From the NCBI RefSeq assembly GCF_003334765.1, contig NZ_QOWT01000074.1: DNA of 2,082 nt, one strand, 5' to 3'. The position numbers and the translations under genes were made by a program. The stretch is from Escherichia coli. Lineage in GTDB: Bacteria; Pseudomonadota; Gammaproteobacteria; Enterobacterales; Enterobacteriaceae. Positions 1 through 2,082 of this stretch are shown in pieces. How positions within the stretch are numbered: position 1 is the first letter of the stretch; each line of letters opens with the position of its first letter. The notes under the pieces are model-generated. The model saw only the letters and a list, made by a program, of their open reading frames with translations. It had not been told where the DNA came from and did not search any database.

Positions 1-123
1 TATGGGACGAAATAAGGCAGCGGCAATACCTGGAAAAATTTAATATGGTATGAAGGAGAACCTGTCGGTTACGCTTAATATACACGGTACACTGTCAGCT
101 CAGGGGATACATGAACCGTTATC

Positions 124-324
124 TCACCAGCTACACAGTATACACACACTGACGCTGACAGTAGTCAGCAGGACCACAATAATCAGCGCCAGCAGTATGG
201 TAACGATACGGTCTGTATTCCGGTAGTAGCCGAAGGGGTCGACAGAACCACAATACGGGCAACACACTGTATTATGAGTAATCGCGTTTCCACAGTCCCT
301 GCACTTCTTTTTGCGTATCACCAT
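124..324 (-). CDS. Small zinc-ribbon protein with a C-terminal transmembrane helix (about 66 aa), function unknown
   Basis: ORF track 124..327 (-). The translation has a CxxC-x9-CCxxC zinc-ribbon pattern (CRDCGNAITHNTVCCPYCGS) followed by an uninterrupted hydrophobic stretch (IVTILLALIIVVLLTTVSVSVCILC), consistent with a single-pass or tail-anchored membrane protein. On the minus strand an AGGAGG Shine-Dalgarno (plus coordinates 335..330) sits 5 nt upstream of the ATG at 324..322, so I prefer the ATG at 324 over the GTG at 327. Not assigned to a named family. Confidence 0.6.
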   Translation of the reverse strand: MVIRKKKCRDCGNAITHNTVCCPYCGSVDPFGYYRNTDRIVTILLALIIVVLLTTVSVSVCILCSW

Positions 325-327
325 CAC

Positions 328-523
328 TCCCTCCTCACAGCCTTACCCGTAACCGGTTTTTTACATTAAAAAAACAACGCTGAAAATTCAACCGTCAGTC
401 CGGAGACGACCGTTCGGGTTATCACAGAGTGCCTGAGACAGTGTCCTGCCGGAGGTCACTTCAGGGACTCTGCGCATTTTTTACGACGTGGCTATTCCGT
501 ATGAACCATACGGAGATTTAACC
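328..523. promoter_or_regulatory. Divergent intergenic region, presumably carrying promoters for the minus-strand small gene and the plus-strand YagK/YfjJ-like gene
   Basis: 196-bp non-coding gap between two divergently oriented start codons. It contains an AT-rich palindrome (356..375) and a perfect 7-bp inverted repeat at 497..513. I found only weak sigma70-like hexamers (for example TTTACA at 360..365 on plus; TTGAAT/TAATGT on minus at 391..386 and 368..363), so no precise promoter is called. Confidence 0.3.
497..513 (+). promoter_or_regulatory. Perfect inverted repeat CCGTATG-aac-CATACGG overlapping the Shine-Dalgarno of the downstream gene
   Basis: Read directly: 497..503 CCGTATG, loop 504..506, 507..513 CATACGG (exact reverse complement). 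The GGAG at 511..514 is the likely Shine-Dalgarno for the ATG at 524 and lies partly in the 3' arm. Confidence 0.3.
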
Positions 524-1093
524 ATGACCTACAAATACAACCCCTTCTGGCAGCAACGTATTCGTGAGACGGTGCGGCACGCACTGAATGTTCATCCCCG
601 CCTGACGGCATTGCGGGTTGACCTGCGTCTCCCGGATGTACCGGCAGCAACGGACGCAGCTGTGATATCCCGCTTCATCAATGCCCTGAAAGCCCGAATC
701 GACGCTTACCAGAAACGTAAGCATCGGGAAGGTAAACGCGTGCATCCCACAACCCTGCATTACGTCTGGGCCCGGGAGTTTGGGGAGTGCAAAGGTAAAA
801 AACACTATCACCTGATGCTGCTGGTCAACCGGGATACCTGGTGTCGTGCCGGTGATTACCGCGCTCCGGAGTCTCTGGCCGGGATGATTAAACAGGCGTG
901 GTGCAGTGCCCTGGGAGTGGATGTCGGGTGCCATGCCACGCTGGTGCATTTCCCGGCCTGGCCGGCGGTGTGGCTGGAACGCGATGATGACACTGGCTTT
1001 CAGCAGGTGCTGGAACGTGCTGACTATCTGGCGAAGGAACATACCAAAGCTCACTGCACCGGTGAGCGCAATTTTGGCTGTAGCCGGAGTTGA
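524..1093 (+). CDS. YagK/YfjJ family protein (Pfam 'Inovirus Gp2'-like), putative replication-initiation or nicking protein of a mobile element
   Basis: ORF track 488..1093 (+). I recognise the overall sequence character (N-terminal MTYKYNPFW..., HYVWAREFGE, KKHYHLMLLVNRD) as the YagK/YfjJ family found in E. coli cryptic prophages CP4-6 and CP4-57; this is from memory, not a search. HYHLMLL at 803..823 resembles an HUH-type motif. Start preferred at ATG 524 (GGAG at 511..514, 9-nt spacer) rather than GTG 488, which would add 12 residues and place the 497..513 palindrome inside the coding sequence. Stop TGA at 1091..1093. Confidence 0.8.
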   Translation: MTYKYNPFWQQRIRETVRHALNVHPRLTALRVDLRLPDVPAATDAAVISRFINALKARIDAYQKRKHREGKRVHPTTLHYVWAREFGECKGKKHYHLMLLVNRDTWCRAGDYRAPESLAGMIKQAWCSALGVDVGCHATLVHFPAWPAVWLERDDDTGFQQVLERADYLAKEHTKAHCTGERNFGCSRS

Positions 1094-1169
1094 GCACGAC
1101 TGGCGCGCCAATACCCGGCAAACCAAAAGTATGGGTTGTTGTCTGGCGGCAACGATGTATCCACTCGCC

Positions 1170-1193
1170 CACTGACTGTTTTTTACGTCAGTG
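1170..1193. repeat. Inverted repeat CACTGAC-N10-GTCAGTG with a T6 run in the loop
   Basis: Read directly: 1170..1176 CACTGAC pairs with 1187..1193 GTCAGTG; the loop 1177..1186 is tgttttttac. It lies in the 253-bp gap between the YagK/YfjJ-like gene and the first Cys-rich gene. The T-run is inside the loop, not 3' of the stem, so it is not a canonical intrinsic terminator. Confidence 0.3.
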
Positions 1194-1346
1194 TTCCATT
1201 GTGTGACAACCACAGTGCTGTAACAGCAACCAGCCTGCTTTACCCAAACTCCAGTCCAGATTTTAACTGAACCGCCATTCACACCCTGACCACGCTGCCC
1301 GTACCGGGACGGCTGTTGCCTGCGTGTCGTCTGGCGGCTGAGGTAT

Positions 1347-1754
1347 ATGACTATGTACGCAAAATCCTTTATCGCTCTTGATGGCAACGGACGTCTGACG
1401 GGCGCCCGTACTGCACAGGCCGCACCTTATGCTAACTACACCTGCCACTTGTGTGGCAGTGCACTCAGATACCATCCGCAATACGAAACTGAACTTCCCT
1501 GGTTTGAACACACTGACGACAGGCTGACAGAGCACGGTCAACAGTGCCCTTATGTCAGGCCGGAGCGCAGAGAAATACAGTTGATTAAACGTCTGCAGCA
1601 ATTCGTACCGGATGCCTTACCCGTGGTGCGTAAAGCCAGCTGGCACTGCAGACAATGTCACCACGATTATTATGGGGAGCAGTACTGCACACACTGCCAG
1701 ACCGGAGGATTCAGTATTCCCCGGACAACTCAGGAGGAAATATGCGAATTCTGA
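1347..1754 (+). CDS. Cys-rich putative zinc-ribbon protein (135 aa; paralog A of a tandem pair), function unknown
   Basis: ORF track 1347..1754 (+). Conserved pattern C-HL-C-GS...PWFEH...C...W-H-C-RQ-C-xx-DYYGE-xx-C. The CxxC-x14-[W/H]F[A/E]H spacing recalls the N-terminal zinc ribbon of CoiA-like competence proteins (CxxC...HFAH); that is a motif-level resemblance only. GAGG at 1340..1343 is 3 nt from ATG 1347 but 9 nt from the in-frame ATG at 1353, so the true start may be 1353. Stop TGA at 1752..1754. Confidence 0.65.
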   Translation: MTMYAKSFIALDGNGRLTGARTAQAAPYANYTCHLCGSALRYHPQYETELPWFEHTDDRLTEHGQQCPYVRPERREIQLIKRLQQFVPDALPVVRKASWHCRQCHHDYYGEQYCTHCQTGGFSIPRTTQEEICEF

Positions 1755-2082
1755 ACTGTTATATGGCGAATGACAGCAAAGGCCATTTTGTTACGGCGAA
1801 AGAAGCTGCGAAGCACAACCGACAGGACGTTTTGTGCTGTGTGTCCTGTGGATGCCCGTTAACACTTCAGCGGGGCAATGACGGACAACCACCGTGGTTT
1901 GAACATGACCAGATGACTGTCGCTGAAAAAATCCTGCTGCGATGTACCTGGCTTGACCCGGCAGAGAAAGAGGCCCGTCGTTTGCATCTGCAGGGCATGA
2001 CGGTTCCGGATTATACGGTGAAGGTGAGAAAGTGGTTTTGTGTGATGTGTGACGAAGATTATGAGGGGGAAAAGTGCTGCCC
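1742..2082 (+). CDS. Cys-rich putative zinc-ribbon protein (paralog B; 3' end truncated by the window), function unknown
   Basis: Translating by hand from ATG 1742 gives MRILNCYMANDSKGHFVTAKEAAKHNRQDVLCCVSCGCPLTLQRGNDGQPPWFEHDQMTVAEKILLRCTWLDPAEKEARRLHLQGMTVPDYTVKVRKWFCVMCDEDYEGEKCC..., open to the window end. It aligns with paralog A at A-x-D-x-x-G-x-x-T-x-A-x-x-A, CxxCG, PWFEH, VPD...VRK, W-x-CxxC-xx-DY-x-GE-xx-C. AGGAGG at 1732..1737 precedes the ATG. The start overlaps the 3' end of paralog A by 13 nt in a different frame. An alternative in-frame ATG lies at 1763. Confidence 0.6.
   Translation, partial: MRILNCYMANDSKGHFVTAKEAAKHNRQDVLCCVSCGCPLTLQRGNDGQPPWFEHDQMTVAEKILLRCTWLDPAEKEARRLHLQGMTVPDYTVKVRKWFCVMCDEDYEGEKCC

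Noticed and set aside
111-152. Short plus-strand ORF (13 codons, MNRYLTSYTVYTH) after an AAGGAG at 53..58
   Set aside because: Too short, poorly spaced from the Shine-Dalgarno-like sequence, and it overlaps the 3' end of the minus-strand small gene. No support beyond being open.
145-169. GCTGAC-agta-GTCAGC hairpin (154..169) and the 10-mer CACACTGACG shared between 145..154 and 1510..1519, plus apparent recurrence of CTGAC/GTCAG across the window
   Set aside because: The hairpin is inside the coding sequence of the small minus-strand gene, and the 10-mer copies are inside coding regions on opposite strands. By rough estimate about two exact 10-mer matches are expected by chance in a window of this size, and CTG-containing pentamers are inflated by codon usage. 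I do not consider this evidence of a repeat element.
888-1175. Overlapping ORFs 888..1172 (-) and 906..1175 (+), 94 and 89 aa
   Set aside because: Both lie inside or out of frame with the YagK/YfjJ-like CDS, have no motif content, and are best explained as chance open frames.
1170-1193. Hairpin with a T6 run as a rho-independent terminator for the YagK/YfjJ-like gene
   Set aside because: The T-run is in the loop, not immediately 3' of a GC-rich stem, on either strand, so it does not fit intrinsic-terminator architecture. It is kept only as a palindromic element.
518-1387. 289-aa minus-strand ORF spanning the YagK/YfjJ-like gene and the downstream gap
   Set aside because: It is antisense to a gene with a recognisable family signature and a good Shine-Dalgarno and start. 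Its translation is low-complexity (rich in R, Q, G, T, V) with no recognisable motif, and no convincing ribosome-binding site was seen. This is the typical shadow ORF opposite a real gene.
1263-1601. 112-aa minus-strand ORF antisense to the first Cys-rich gene
   Set aside because: It is antisense to an ORF whose motif pattern is independently confirmed by the downstream paralog; the minus-strand translation shows no conserved pattern.
1347-2082. Possibility that the two Cys-rich ORFs are one gene split by a frameshift
   Set aside because: Each ORF independently contains the full ordered motif set from the N-terminal A-x-D-x-x-G block through the C-terminal DY-x-GE-xx-C, and paralog B has its own strong AGGAGG and ATG. 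They are therefore two complete units, not halves of one protein.
1-2082. CRISPR array, tRNA, rRNA, insertion-sequence ends
   Set aside because: No regularly spaced direct repeats, no cloverleaf-compatible segments that I could recognise, and no terminal inverted repeats bracketing a transposase-like ORF were seen.

Overview
This 2082-bp window looks like part of a mobile-element or prophage-like island, probably from an Enterobacterales genome (inferred from the YagK/YfjJ-type gene and general sequence character, not from any search). It holds four plausible genes: a small zinc-ribbon membrane protein on the minus strand (124..324); a divergently transcribed YagK/YfjJ (inovirus Gp2-like) protein with an H-Y-H-hydrophobic motif (524..1093, +); and two tandem, clearly paralogous Cys-rich proteins sharing a CxxC...PWFEH...W-x-CxxC-xx-DY-x-GE-xx-C pattern (1347..1754 and 1742..>2082, +), the second cut off by the window end. 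The paralog pair is the most interesting element and I cannot assign it to a named family. I see no rRNA, tRNA, CRISPR array, or convincing intrinsic terminator. The long minus-strand ORFs overlapping the plus-strand genes are judged to be antisense artefacts. All family assignments are from memory of motifs and were not checked by any search.
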